Shown in pieces: positions 52,794 through 61,534 of a DNA stretch of 64,000 bases. Below the pieces are notes generated by a model. It searched no databases. It was given only the letters and a program-made list of their open reading frames with translations, and was not told the origin of the DNA. The position numbers were made by a program, and so were the translations under genes. The stretch is from Verrucomicrobia bacterium UBA6982 (GTDB lineage: Bacteria > Verrucomicrobiota > Kiritimatiellia > RFP12 > UBA3636). The stretch lies in contig DJYI01000139.1 of assembly GCA_002448475.1 (NCBI GenBank), positions 19,732 through 83,731 on the forward strand, given 5' to 3'. Each line of letters begins with the position of its first letter. Position 1 is the stretch's first letter.

Positions 52794-54095
52794 TCACGGG
52801 CGGAGGGTCGAGAGGGGGCAGACGAGGATACCGTCCTCGGGACGGCGGTAGGCGATGTCGCCTTCGGCGACGACAATCATGCGGAAGGCCGGAGGGGGCA
52901 TGCGGGTCGTGTCGATCTTGGATGCTAGGGATGTAAGGGCGGCGACGCCCTTGGCGATCAGGGAGTCGCCGCCCGTCTTGATCTCGATCAGGCCGTAGTG
53001 CCCGTTTTCGAGGCGCAGCACGGCGTCGCACTCCAAGCCGCTTTTGTCATGGTAGTGGCACAGCGTACCGCCGAGGGCGTCGGCGCAGGTTCGCAGGTCG
53101 CGGATGGCCATGGTCTCGAAGAACAGGCCGAAGGTCGGCATGTCGTTCATGAGTTCGGCCGGGCCCACGCCGAGCGCTGCGGCGGCGATCGAAGGATCGG
53201 AGAAATAGCGCGTGTCCGTCGTCCGGATCGGCGTCTTGCAGCGCAGGTTCGGACACCAGGCCTCGAGATCGTCCGTCGCGAAGATCTTCCGCAGTGCCTT
53301 CAGGTAGGCGTACACGGTGTCCTCCGTCAGGGTGTCGACGTCATTGGCCTTCATGTCATCGCGGATGGCGGCCGCGGACGACTGCGTTCCCTGGAGCCGG
53401 GCCAGGCTACGCATAAGGCGCCGGACCCGGCCGGGATCGCGCAGGGTGCCGTCGACCCGCGAAACGTCGCTGTCGCAGATTGCCGCGAAATACTCCTTCG
53501 CCGGGCCGCGCGCGGCGCTCCCGGACAAGCCGAGCGCGCCCGGCCATCCCCCTCGGCACAGCAGTTCGCAAATGTCCTCGAGATGCCGATCGTTCTTCGC
53601 GCCGGTCGGATCCTCTCCGGCAAACAGACCGGAGAAGGAAACCGAGCCCGTGGACTCGCCGCTCTCCCAAAGGCTCATGGGGCGCATGGACAAGCGAGCG
53701 ATGCGGCCCGTTCCCGTATGGCGGAGGGTCCGGTTCTTTTCGTCCGCTTCGTCCACCGCCGGCGGAACGGCGCTGCCCGTCAGGATGAACATGCCCCGCC
53801 CGCCCTCGTCGACGGCAAACCGGACGGCGTCCCAGAGAAGCGGCACTTCCTGCCACTCGTCCAGAAGATGGGGCGAAGCGCCCTCCAACACCTTGTCGGG
53901 GCGGGCCTCCGCCAGAATCCGGTCGGTCCTTCCCTTGACCGGATCGCCGAAACAGACCTCGCTTTTCGCGATTTGCCGGGCCGTTGTCGTCTTCCCGCAC
54001 CATTTCGGACCCTGCACGAGAACGGCACCCATGTACGACAACTTTTCCGCGAGAAGAATGTCCGCAACGCGTTTTCTGTAGGTTTCCGCTTTCAC
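52794..54095 (-). CDS. AAA+ ATPase of the DUF4143-containing (AAA_14-like) family
   Basis: Walker A is VLVQGPKWCGKTTTARQ, and there is a C-terminal DUF4143-like region. The GTG start at 54095 is preceded on the minus strand by TTGACA, 17 nt, then CAGAAT. Confidence 0.65.
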   Translation of the reverse strand: MKAETYRKRVADILLAEKLSYMGAVLVQGPKWCGKTTTARQIAKSEVCFGDPVKGRTDRILAEARPDKVLEGASPHLLDEWQEVPLLWDAVRFAVDEGGRGMFILTGSAVPPAVDEADEKNRTLRHTGTGRIARLSMRPMSLWESGESTGSVSFSGLFAGEDPTGAKNDRHLEDICELLCRGGWPGALGLSGSAARGPAKEYFAAICDSDVSRVDGTLRDPGRVRRLMRSLARLQGTQSSAAAIRDDMKANDVDTLTEDTVYAYLKALRKIFATDDLEAWCPNLRCKTPIRTTDTRYFSDPSIAAAALGVGPAELMNDMPTFGLFFETMAIRDLRTCADALGGTLCHYHDKSGLECDAVLRLENGHYGLIEIKTGGDSLIAKGVAALTSLASKIDTTRMPPPAFRMIVVAEGDIAYRRPEDGILVCPLSTLRP

Positions 54096-54134
54096 AAGGG
54101 TGGATTCTGGGTCATTTTCCTGAATTTGTCAAGC

Positions 54135-54249
54135 CATTCGGTAATTTGGCGAATTTTCGTTAGGCAATCTGGCGCCATTCCGTTAGGCAATCTGGCGCCA
54201 TTCCGTTAGGTAATTTGGCGACGTTTCGTTAGGTAATTTGGCGACAGAT
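54135..54249. repeat. Tandem array of a 23-bp unit CGTTAGG(C/T)AAT(C/T)TGGCG(C/A)C...: four full copies plus one degenerate copy
   Basis: Read directly. The full copies are at 54158-54180, 54181-54203, 54204-54226 and 54227-54249, with a degenerate copy at 54135-54157. The array sits immediately upstream of the putative -35 of the DUF4143 ATPase gene. Confidence 0.8.
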
Positions 54250-54264
54250 GGGCGGGCTTTTTTC

Positions 54265-54657
54265 CTAATCCACCGCGAGCGCCGAGGCGCTTGTCCACAG
54301 GCCGTGGAGGTTGCAGTAGGCTGTGGCGTGAAGGGTGCCTGGGGCGGAGATGCAGACGCGGAAGCGGGCGGAGGGCGCGGTGGCGGCGGGGCCGGACGCG
54401 TCGGAGAGGGAGGCGCCGTGCGCCGAGAAGTCCGCGCGGCCGAGCTCGATCGAGGTGCTGGTGCCTTCGGGGACGAAATGAAGCGCAATCCAGACGATGT
54501 GGTGCTGTGCCGTGTTCGGATGCGGAATCTCCTTGCCGACGTCGACCTCGACGTCGAAGGGGACGCCGGGCTTCACTGACGCCGTGGCGGAGATGACGGG
54601 GACGTGCTTTTCCGCCTTCCAGTCGGCGGTCTTGACGGTGGAGGAAAGTGTGTTCAT
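54265..54657 (-). CDS. Superoxide reductase (1Fe-SOR), copy B
   Basis: Nearly identical to copy A (MNTLSSTVKTADWKAEKHVPVISATASVKPGVPFDVEVDVGKEIPHPNTAQHHIVWI...CNLHGLW). Confidence 0.75.
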   Translation of the reverse strand: MNTLSSTVKTADWKAEKHVPVISATASVKPGVPFDVEVDVGKEIPHPNTAQHHIVWIALHFVPEGTSTSIELGRADFSAHGASLSDASGPAATAPSARFRVCISAPGTLHATAYCNLHGLWTSASALAVD

Positions 54658-54829
54658 TTTTGGATTGCCACCGCTACGCTCGGCGTGACATTCGCCGCCC
54701 CGGCGGCTGAAAGGTGTAGAGGTTGATGGTCGGATGCGTCAAAGGGATGGCGGAATTCTAGCATACTTGAAAAAAGTTGCAACCGGCGGTCGGCCCCTGC
54801 CGAACAGCGGGCCGCCCGGCGGTCGGCCA

Positions 54830-56050
54830 CTACCGAACTAGAGGGAGCCGCTTTGATACGGTGCAGCGGACCATGGTGGGGGAGAGATCGAACTTCGGTG
54901 GTGGGTTGCCGTTGTCTGCCAAATGCTGGCGGGCGAGACCGATGCCGCGTCCAAATTGCTGGACGTATCCCCAGGTCTTGAGAATGGTGGCTAGGTTCGG
55001 GTTGCGATAGTCGGCATAGCCGGGAACGCCGAAGGTCTCCGACGTGACGGTTCCATACGGTCCGCCGGGGTTGGAAATTTCCACGCGATCGTCAAACCAG
55101 TCCACGCGGACCGGCGCATTGGTGTGTTCATAGGTCCGATGCAGGACGGCGTTGTAGAGCAATTGCTGCAGGGCGACCATCGGATAGTCGGGCCGAACAA
55201 TATGCGTCGGACCGGATTCCACGTCCCACGCGATGCGGTTGTGGGCCGCCATTTTCGCCTCTGCGGTCTGAAGCATGGCCTTGAGCGGGCCGCGGCAGTC
55301 CAGTTCGTCAACGACCGGTGCCGCGCGATCCGTCCCGGAGAAGCGGAGGAACTGGACCCTGGCTCCGGGGAGATGCCATTGGGGATCCTTTCCCAGGGCC
55401 AGCAACCCGGAAAGCGTTGGTCGCGTATCCTCCGGCGAAACGATCATCCGGCAGGAGGCAAGTTTCTCTTCGTAGCTGCGGCCGTTCGCGGAGAGGATCT
55501 CCGGCGCAAACGCTACCGGGAGAAACTCGTCCTCGAACGCCGCACGGGAGAGGTCGGCCAACGAGGCCGCCACAACCGGACAGAGGTCGAACGGAAGGTT
55601 CTTCCAACGCCTTTTCTCGGTGAGCGTCCGCTCCTCCTGAACTGTGGCGACGCCACGACGCGGCCCGATCCGAATCCATGTGCGCCCGTCGAACTTCACG
55701 GGCGGAATGTCCGACGGCTCGACAACGACAACGACCATCTCGGCACCGAGAAGAATCCGTTTCTCGACAAGGATCGACGGAGACGGTAGAATGCGACCAT
55801 CGGTCTTCATGTCCGAAACGTCGCGCAAAAGCTCGTCCGTCACGGCCAAGCCGGACGGCGAACCGTCGTCGTTCGCTCCGATGAAGAGGACGCCGGGGTG
55901 ATTGTGGCCCGGGAGGTCGTTCGCAAACGCGCATACCGCCTCCCGCGCCTTTGTCGCGACATCGCGCGAGAAGGAAGACTTCCTCTCGGCGGCGTCGGAC
56001 TCAAGGTCCCTGAGACGGGCCAGCAGTTCTGCGTCGGACAGTGAACTCAT
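54830..56050 (-). CDS. AlbA_2 (Schlafen-like divergent AAA) + HATPase_c_4 domain protein, usually annotated as a putative transcriptional regulator or 'RecG-like'
   Basis: MSSLSDAELLARLRDLESDAAERKSSFS...AVCAFANDLPGHNHPGVLFIGANDDG... is the AlbA_2-type N-domain. The C-terminus ...LLYNAVLHRTYEHTNAPVRVDWFDDRVEISNPGGPYGTV... is HATPase_c_4-like. The start is the ATG at 56050, 28 nt after the SNF2 gene. The ORF's 249 upstream codons overlap the SNF2 gene and are not expected to be translated. Confidence 0.6.
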   Translation of the reverse strand: MSSLSDAELLARLRDLESDAAERKSSFSRDVATKAREAVCAFANDLPGHNHPGVLFIGANDDGSPSGLAVTDELLRDVSDMKTDGRILPSPSILVEKRILLGAEMVVVVVEPSDIPPVKFDGRTWIRIGPRRGVATVQEERTLTEKRRWKNLPFDLCPVVAASLADLSRAAFEDEFLPVAFAPEILSANGRSYEEKLASCRMIVSPEDTRPTLSGLLALGKDPQWHLPGARVQFLRFSGTDRAAPVVDELDCRGPLKAMLQTAEAKMAAHNRIAWDVESGPTHIVRPDYPMVALQQLLYNAVLHRTYEHTNAPVRVDWFDDRVEISNPGGPYGTVTSETFGVPGYADYRNPNLATILKTWGYVQQFGRGIGLARQHLADNGNPPPKFDLSPTMVRCTVSKRLPLVR

Positions 56051-56078
56051 GCGGGGCGGATAATAGCAGAAGTGGGCG

Positions 56079-58901
56079 CTACTGCCAAGAAAGGCGACAG
56101 TTTTCGACGAAGGCTCGGGCGGAGCGGATCGGATCCGGGATGTCGCGGGAAAACACAGACGCCTCCAGAATGCGCTCAAATTCGGGGCGAAGATCAAGTT
56201 CGGCGACGGCGGACTGGAAGTCCTCGGAAGAAACGGGCGCGACGGAATCCGACTCCGGAACTGCGCCGAGCGCTTGGCGCGCGGCGCCTGCGGCGAGTGC
56301 CACGGCCTTGCGCAGCGCGGCCTGGCCTTCCCCCGCGAACCCGCCGCCAACAAGAAGTTCTCCCATTTTGAGGAGGCGTTCGGTTTCGGAGTCGGCCCTT
56401 CTGGCAGCCGCGACGCGGCGCGCGGCCGCAGCCTTGGCCGCATCGGCCGGTTCGCGGACAAACACCGGCTTCGCGACATCGGAGCGGAACTGGATGACTC
56501 CCAAATCGCGGAGCCGTTCGATGATCGCCCAGGTTTCCGGGGAGACAATCTCCACAGCAGAGTCAGGCAGCGCCGTTCCGTGGGTTCCGGCGATCCGTCG
56601 GGCCGCCTCGGTCTGGTCGATTCCGGAGCCGACGAAGACGGCGGCGGTCGGCGCACGGTCGGCGGCGTCCCCGGAACGGCCGAGCAGGAGGCGCTCGACG
56701 CCGGGACATTCCGCCGCGATTTCCGCGCGAAGCCGCTCGTCCGGCGGGATGACCGGCTCGGTTCGAGGCGAAGGATCGGGGCGGACCTTGACAGCATCGC
56801 CCATCACGGAGGCAAGGCGCTGCATGAAGGCGCTTTCCTTCCTGCGTCCCTTAGCCTCCTCGGCGTCAAGTCGCTCGAAGTCGGCGGCGTCGCCCTGCGC
56901 GTCAAGAACGAAATCGGCCAGCCCCTGCTTGAAATCTAGCGTCTGGAGCATACGCTCCTCTATCGTTCCGGCGGCGACCATGTTCACGACAAGGACATCG
57001 CGCTTCTGGTGCTTGCGCCAGGCGCGGGCAATCCGCTGTTCGAGGCGGGCCGGATTCCACGGAAGATCGAGGTTTACGACAACGCTCGCTACCTGAAGGT
57101 TCAGGCCCACGCCGCCGGACTCCGAGGCGAGGAACACCCGGCACTTCGGATCCTCCTTGAAGCGACGAATTTCCTCCCGGCGGCGCCTCTGCGGAATCTG
57201 GCCGGTGTGGAGAGCGAAGCCGATGTCCTTCGCCTCGAGCCTGGCGGCGAGCAGATCAAGCATGCGGGTCCATTCGGAGAACACAATGACCTTGCGAGAA
57301 GGTTCGTCGGCGAAGATGTCGTCAAGGACCTCCTCGAATTCGTCCAGTTTTGGCGAGTCGCGGATTTCGGGATCCATGATATAGCAGGAATCGCAAAGCA
57401 TTCTCATCATCGCAAGTTCCCTCTGGAGACGCTCCTGCTCCTTCGGGGAAAGCGGACGCTTCCTGCTTAGCGCGTAAAGGGTCGCGACCTCGTGCAGGTG
57501 CTCGTCGTAGCGACGCGACTGCTCCGGCGTCATCGAAGTCTTGTAGGTTTTCGACATGCGGCCTGGAAGTTCGTCCTCGACTGCTGACTTGCGACGGCGT
57601 AAAAGGATGCCCGAAACCGCGTCATGGAGTTCCGCGAGATCCTTCATGCCCGTGTTGTGGCCATCTTTGTCAAAGGAGTAGAAGCGCCTGTTGAAGCGAA
57701 AGAGACTGCCGAAAAGGGTAGGATCGACGAATTCGACCAGAGAATAGAGCTCGTCAATGCGGTTCTCCAGCGGCGTGCCGGTCAGGACGAAGGCGTATGG
57801 GGAGGACAGGGCCTTCAAGTTGCGGGCGGTCTTTGTCTTCCAGTTCTTGATGCGCTGGGCCTCGTCGAGAATGACAAGGTCGGGCTTCAACGTGTCGTTG
57901 ATCTCCTTCCAGTCGCGGATTGCCTGCTCGTAGTTCGCGACAAGAAAGAACGCCGCCGTTTTCGCGTAACGTTCGAGACGTGCGGCGCGAGCGCCGAAGA
58001 GCAGTTCGACCGTCGCATCGGAAAAGAGCCGGATCTGATCGTCCCATTCGCCTTTGAGAGAGGCCGGCACGATTACGAGAACATGGCGGACATCGGCGGC
58101 CTCGCGAAGAAGAAGCGCCGCCGCGATCGCCTGAACGGTCTTGCCGAGGCCCATTTCGTCGGCAAGGATGGCGCGCCCCTTGCGGGCGAGATGCAAGGCG
58201 CCGTCCTGCTGATATGGGAAGAGAGATTTCTTCAGGAACGGCCAGCGGGTGTCGGTGCCCTGATCGTCGCGGAATTCGTCGACGGCTCGAACGAGCGCCT
58301 CGCGGCGTGTCAGGTCCGCCAGGTGGCGTCGAATTTCATGCGAAACGCGAACAGAACCTGGACGGACGGCATTCAACCTGTCGCAGGCGCGGAGAAAAAC
58401 GTCCAGACCGGCGGCGGAGGCGTCGCGGAGCGTCCCGTCGGCGGCGCAATGGCGCGCCAGGGCGCGCCGCGTCTCCGGCGGCAGGGTAGGGGACAGGATG
58501 AGAACCGGGACATGCCGTGGGCGGCGTATGAACACCTCTGCGGCTGTCGATTGGCGGGACTTTCCGCACTTGCGCGCGGCAACCTTCAGGACACGTTCGA
58601 TGTGCTTGCATGTGCCGAGACCGTTCTTGACGAAATCCGGGCAATTGCATGTATTGATCGGTTCGTCAAGCGAGCGCAGTTCGACTCTGTAGGCGGCGGT
58701 TCGGTGATCTGCGGCCGGGTGAGACACCTCGTAGATGCCAAACCCGCCGGACACGTCGACGGCCCTGACCTTCATGGGCTCGGCCGCCGCCCGTTCCCGC
58801 CGCTTGCGTATTTCCTCCGCGTCCGTAGTCGCCCAGCTATCGAGCTTGGGCACCTTGGCGCGGGAGGGCGATGCTCCGTTTTTCAGTTGCTGTGTCTTCA
58901 T
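56079..58901 (-). CDS. SNF2-family helicase with an N-terminal SWIM zinc finger (YwqA/RapA-like)
   Basis: The SWIM finger is CNCPDFVKNGLGTCKHIERV. The SNF2 motifs include ...ILADEMGLGKTVQAIAA... (motif I), ...DLVILDEAQRIKN... (DEAQ box, motif II) and ...VFLASESGGVGLNLQVASVVVNLDLPWNPARLEQRIARAWRKHQ... (motifs V-VI). Confidence 0.8.
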   Translation of the reverse strand: MKTQQLKNGASPSRAKVPKLDSWATTDAEEIRKRRERAAAEPMKVRAVDVSGGFGIYEVSHPAADHRTAAYRVELRSLDEPINTCNCPDFVKNGLGTCKHIERVLKVAARKCGKSRQSTAAEVFIRRPRHVPVLILSPTLPPETRRALARHCAADGTLRDASAAGLDVFLRACDRLNAVRPGSVRVSHEIRRHLADLTRREALVRAVDEFRDDQGTDTRWPFLKKSLFPYQQDGALHLARKGRAILADEMGLGKTVQAIAAALLLREAADVRHVLVIVPASLKGEWDDQIRLFSDATVELLFGARAARLERYAKTAAFFLVANYEQAIRDWKEINDTLKPDLVILDEAQRIKNWKTKTARNLKALSSPYAFVLTGTPLENRIDELYSLVEFVDPTLFGSLFRFNRRFYSFDKDGHNTGMKDLAELHDAVSGILLRRRKSAVEDELPGRMSKTYKTSMTPEQSRRYDEHLHEVATLYALSRKRPLSPKEQERLQRELAMMRMLCDSCYIMDPEIRDSPKLDEFEEVLDDIFADEPSRKVIVFSEWTRMLDLLAARLEAKDIGFALHTGQIPQRRRREEIRRFKEDPKCRVFLASESGGVGLNLQVASVVVNLDLPWNPARLEQRIARAWRKHQKRDVLVVNMVAAGTIEERMLQTLDFKQGLADFVLDAQGDAADFERLDAEEAKGRRKESAFMQRLASVMGDAVKVRPDPSPRTEPVIPPDERLRAEIAAECPGVERLLLGRSGDAADRAPTAAVFVGSGIDQTEAARRIAGTHGTALPDSAVEIVSPETWAIIERLRDLGVIQFRSDVAKPVFVREPADAAKAAAARRVAAARRADSETERLLKMGELLVGGGFAGEGQAALRKAVALAAGAARQALGAVPESDSVAPVSSEDFQSAVAELDLRPEFERILEASVFSRDIPDPIRSARAFVENCRLSWQ

Positions 58902-59038
58902 TGTCTGTGGCCGATTATTGACAATTGCGGTCTAAGCGCAAGGAAAATCGTGAATCTGGGTGGGATAAAAAAAGCGTAGTTGCGAATTTTACGTATCGAA
59001 CTTTACGCAACGCAAAAGAAGTGCTAGTATTCGGCCTC

Positions 59039-60166
59039 ATGAAACCGAACAACCCCTTTCTTGTGCGCGGATACGCCGGTCCGGAATGGTTCTGTGATCG
59101 CGAGAACGAAACAGCAAAACTCGTTTCGGCGTTTGAAAACGACCGTGACGTGACTCTTGTGGCCCCTCGGCGATACGGGAAAACAGGACTTATCAGGAAC
59201 GCTTTCCAATGTCTAGACGATCAGATTCCCAAAATTTACATTGATGTGTTCCAAACACGAACTCTGGCCGACTTCACGGCTCTGTTTGCTTCCGCCGTGG
59301 CCGATGCAATGGACACAAAGTTCGAGCGGGCGGTTGCCGCCGCAGCGTCCTTTTTCAGGAGCTGTCGTCCATCGATTACCGTTGGACCTGACGGAAATCC
59401 AAAGATTTCGTTCGACATTTCTCCTTCGCGGACTGAAGAGACGCTTTCCGAAGCATTCGCCTATTTGGCAAAACGCGACAAACGCGCCATTATCGCCATT
59501 GATGAATTTCAACAGGTGCTGGACTATCCCGGCCAGAGCGCCGAAGCGCTTCTGCGATCACAAATTCAGTTTGTTCCGCACATTCGTTTCGTCTTTGCCG
59601 GATCACGCCAACATCTCATGCGAGAAATGTTTCTGTCGCCCAAGCACCCGTTCTATCAAAGCACTGACATCCTTTCCCTGAAGCCAATTGACAAAGACAT
59701 CTATTATTCCTTCGCGGCCCGACACTTCCGCGCCGGGGCAATGAAACTGGAGAAATCAGCGTTTGATGCCATCTATGACCGATTCGACGGAGTGACCTGG
59801 TACCTGCAAATGGTTCTTAATCGTTTATGGGAGGGTCGTCGGGATGTCATGGGTCCCGATGCCGTGGAACCGGTCATTTCGGAAATCATAGAATCGAGAT
59901 CTATGGAATACCATGATCTTCTCCTCTCCCAGACGTCGGCTTCTCAAGCTGTTTTGCGCGCCATGGCGGCGGAAAAAATCGTGGCGGAACCGACGTCCGG
60001 CCAGTTCGTGGCGCATTGTGGACTCCGTGCGACATCCACCGTTGCGTCCGCATTAAAGTCGCTTCGAGATCGAGATCTCGCATATCACACACCTAGGGGA
60101 TGGATTGTCTATGACCGCTTTTTTGGAGAATGGCTGTCTCGGTTCGCTCCCCGCCTCCGCCAATGA
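59039..60166 (+). CDS. Arch_ATPase-type AAA+ ATPase with a C-terminal DUF234-like winged-helix domain
   Basis: ...FLVRGYAGPEWFCDRENETAKL... then Walker A LVAPRRYGKTGL and Walker B AIIAIDEFQQV. The start is the ATG at 59039. It sits in a lower-GC segment. Confidence 0.6.
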   Translation: MKPNNPFLVRGYAGPEWFCDRENETAKLVSAFENDRDVTLVAPRRYGKTGLIRNAFQCLDDQIPKIYIDVFQTRTLADFTALFASAVADAMDTKFERAVAAAASFFRSCRPSITVGPDGNPKISFDISPSRTEETLSEAFAYLAKRDKRAIIAIDEFQQVLDYPGQSAEALLRSQIQFVPHIRFVFAGSRQHLMREMFLSPKHPFYQSTDILSLKPIDKDIYYSFAARHFRAGAMKLEKSAFDAIYDRFDGVTWYLQMVLNRLWEGRRDVMGPDAVEPVISEIIESRSMEYHDLLLSQTSASQAVLRAMAAEKIVAEPTSGQFVAHCGLRATSTVASALKSLRDRDLAYHTPRGWIVYDRFFGEWLSRFAPRLRQ

Positions 60167-60188
60167 AGCGGAGGACGATTCCATGAGA

Positions 60189-61448
60189 TCATGTGGAAGG
60201 AGTGGCGCCGCACGAAGCGTAGATTGCCAGCAGGCGCGCCAGGTTGCGGTCCGGGCGGCAGTCCGAGGTCTCGAAGGCGGCGCGGGCGGCAGTGCCCATG
60301 CGACGAAGTTCGGCGGTGTCGGCGAGGAGGGAGCGAAGGGAGGAGGCGAGCGCGGCGGGGTCGCCGGAGGGGAATAGCCGACCCGTAACGCCGTCCTCGA
60401 CGATTGTGCTCTGCGACACGGAATCAGAAACAAGAGCAGGAACGCCATTTGACATGGCTTCAAGAACCGTCGTCGAGAACTGTTCGTAACAGCGCGACGG
60501 GAGAACGAGCAACTGCGCGACGGCGAGCTCGCGGAGGGCGTCTTCGCGGGGAAGGGGACCGAGGAAGCGGACGGAGTCTACGATGCCGAGGGAGGAGGCA
60601 AGGGCGCGAAGGGATTCATCCTCCGGGCCGGAGCCGACGATGGAAAGGCAACAAGGGTGACGTGGAATGCCGTTGCACAGCAGCGCCCAGGCGCGGAGGA
60701 GGACGTCGACGCCCTTTTCCGGGGAAAGACGACCAAGATAGATTACATGGGCGGCGGGCCCGCCTTCGCTTTTAGCATGCCGCTTTTCGCATGCCGCTTG
60801 CGTCGTGATATTTGTGGCGGTCGGTATTGTCGCAGCAACTGCGTTCGGCTTCACGACGATTTTACTCGCCGGCAGACCCGCCTGGATGAATTTCTCGCGG
60901 GCGAATTCCGTCAGGGCGATGTAACGCGTCACCTTGCGGCGCCAGGTGCCGAGCAGGCGATGGACGATGAGCATCGCGGCCAGCGTGACGGACTGGGAAA
61001 GCGAGCCGCGGTAGCAGCGGCGACAAACGCCGCGCAGCGGCGAACGTCCAAGACAGCTTTCGCAGATCCGGCCGCCGCGGAAAAGGTAGCCGTTCAGGCA
61101 AGTTAGACGGTAGTTGTGGAGTGTCTGGACGACAGGCACGCCTTCTCTGGCGGCGGCGTAGTAGATCGACGGCGAAATCAGCGGAAAGGTATTGTGGCAG
61201 TGAACGACGTCCGGCTTTTCGCGTCGAATGAGTTCCCGGACCTCGCGAAACGTCCGTTGGTTCCATATAGTTCGGATCGCCAGCGAAATTTTCGCTGCCA
61301 GTCCTCCGTTGTCATGTATGTCGGCGTTTGTCTTCTCGTAGCGGACGACCTTGTGCCCGGCATCTTCGAGCATCCGGCACTCGGATTCGAAGACGCTGTC
61401 CTCGCCACCGCGAATGCGATATCGGTTGTGGGCCACGAGAATCTTCAT
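60189..61448 (-). CDS. Family 4 (GT-B) glycosyltransferase
   Basis: MKILVAHNRYRIRGGEDSVF... (a GT4 N-domain) and ...EQFSTTVLEAMSNGVPALVSD... (EX7E). Confidence 0.7.
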   Translation of the reverse strand: MKILVAHNRYRIRGGEDSVFESECRMLEDAGHKVVRYEKTNADIHDNGGLAAKISLAIRTIWNQRTFREVRELIRREKPDVVHCHNTFPLISPSIYYAAAREGVPVVQTLHNYRLTCLNGYLFRGGRICESCLGRSPLRGVCRRCYRGSLSQSVTLAAMLIVHRLLGTWRRKVTRYIALTEFAREKFIQAGLPASKIVVKPNAVAATIPTATNITTQAACEKRHAKSEGGPAAHVIYLGRLSPEKGVDVLLRAWALLCNGIPRHPCCLSIVGSGPEDESLRALASSLGIVDSVRFLGPLPREDALRELAVAQLLVLPSRCYEQFSTTVLEAMSNGVPALVSDSVSQSTIVEDGVTGRLFPSGDPAALASSLRSLLADTAELRRMGTAARAAFETSDCRPDRNLARLLAIYASCGATPST

Positions 61449-61534
61449 GGGACAAACGAACGAGCCAGATTCAGTGTTGGCGAGGAGATTTCGTTGTAAT
61501 GCGGCGGGCTGGAGTCCGCCGCTTCTTTCATTGA

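Larger units (their letters stand above)
52068..54840. repeat. An ~550-bp direct repeat, present at 52068-52620 and 54295-54840 at about 93% identity, comprising the SOR gene and its promoter region
   Basis: A by-eye alignment of the two segments. The 3' ends of the two SOR ORFs diverge (…SSREVSLGASE versus …SASALAVD). Confidence 0.8.

Noticed and set aside
54135-54249. A CRISPR array
   Set aside because: The units are 23-bp direct repeats that abut each other with no intervening spacers, and no cas genes are present. I interpret them as iteron or operator-like tandem repeats.
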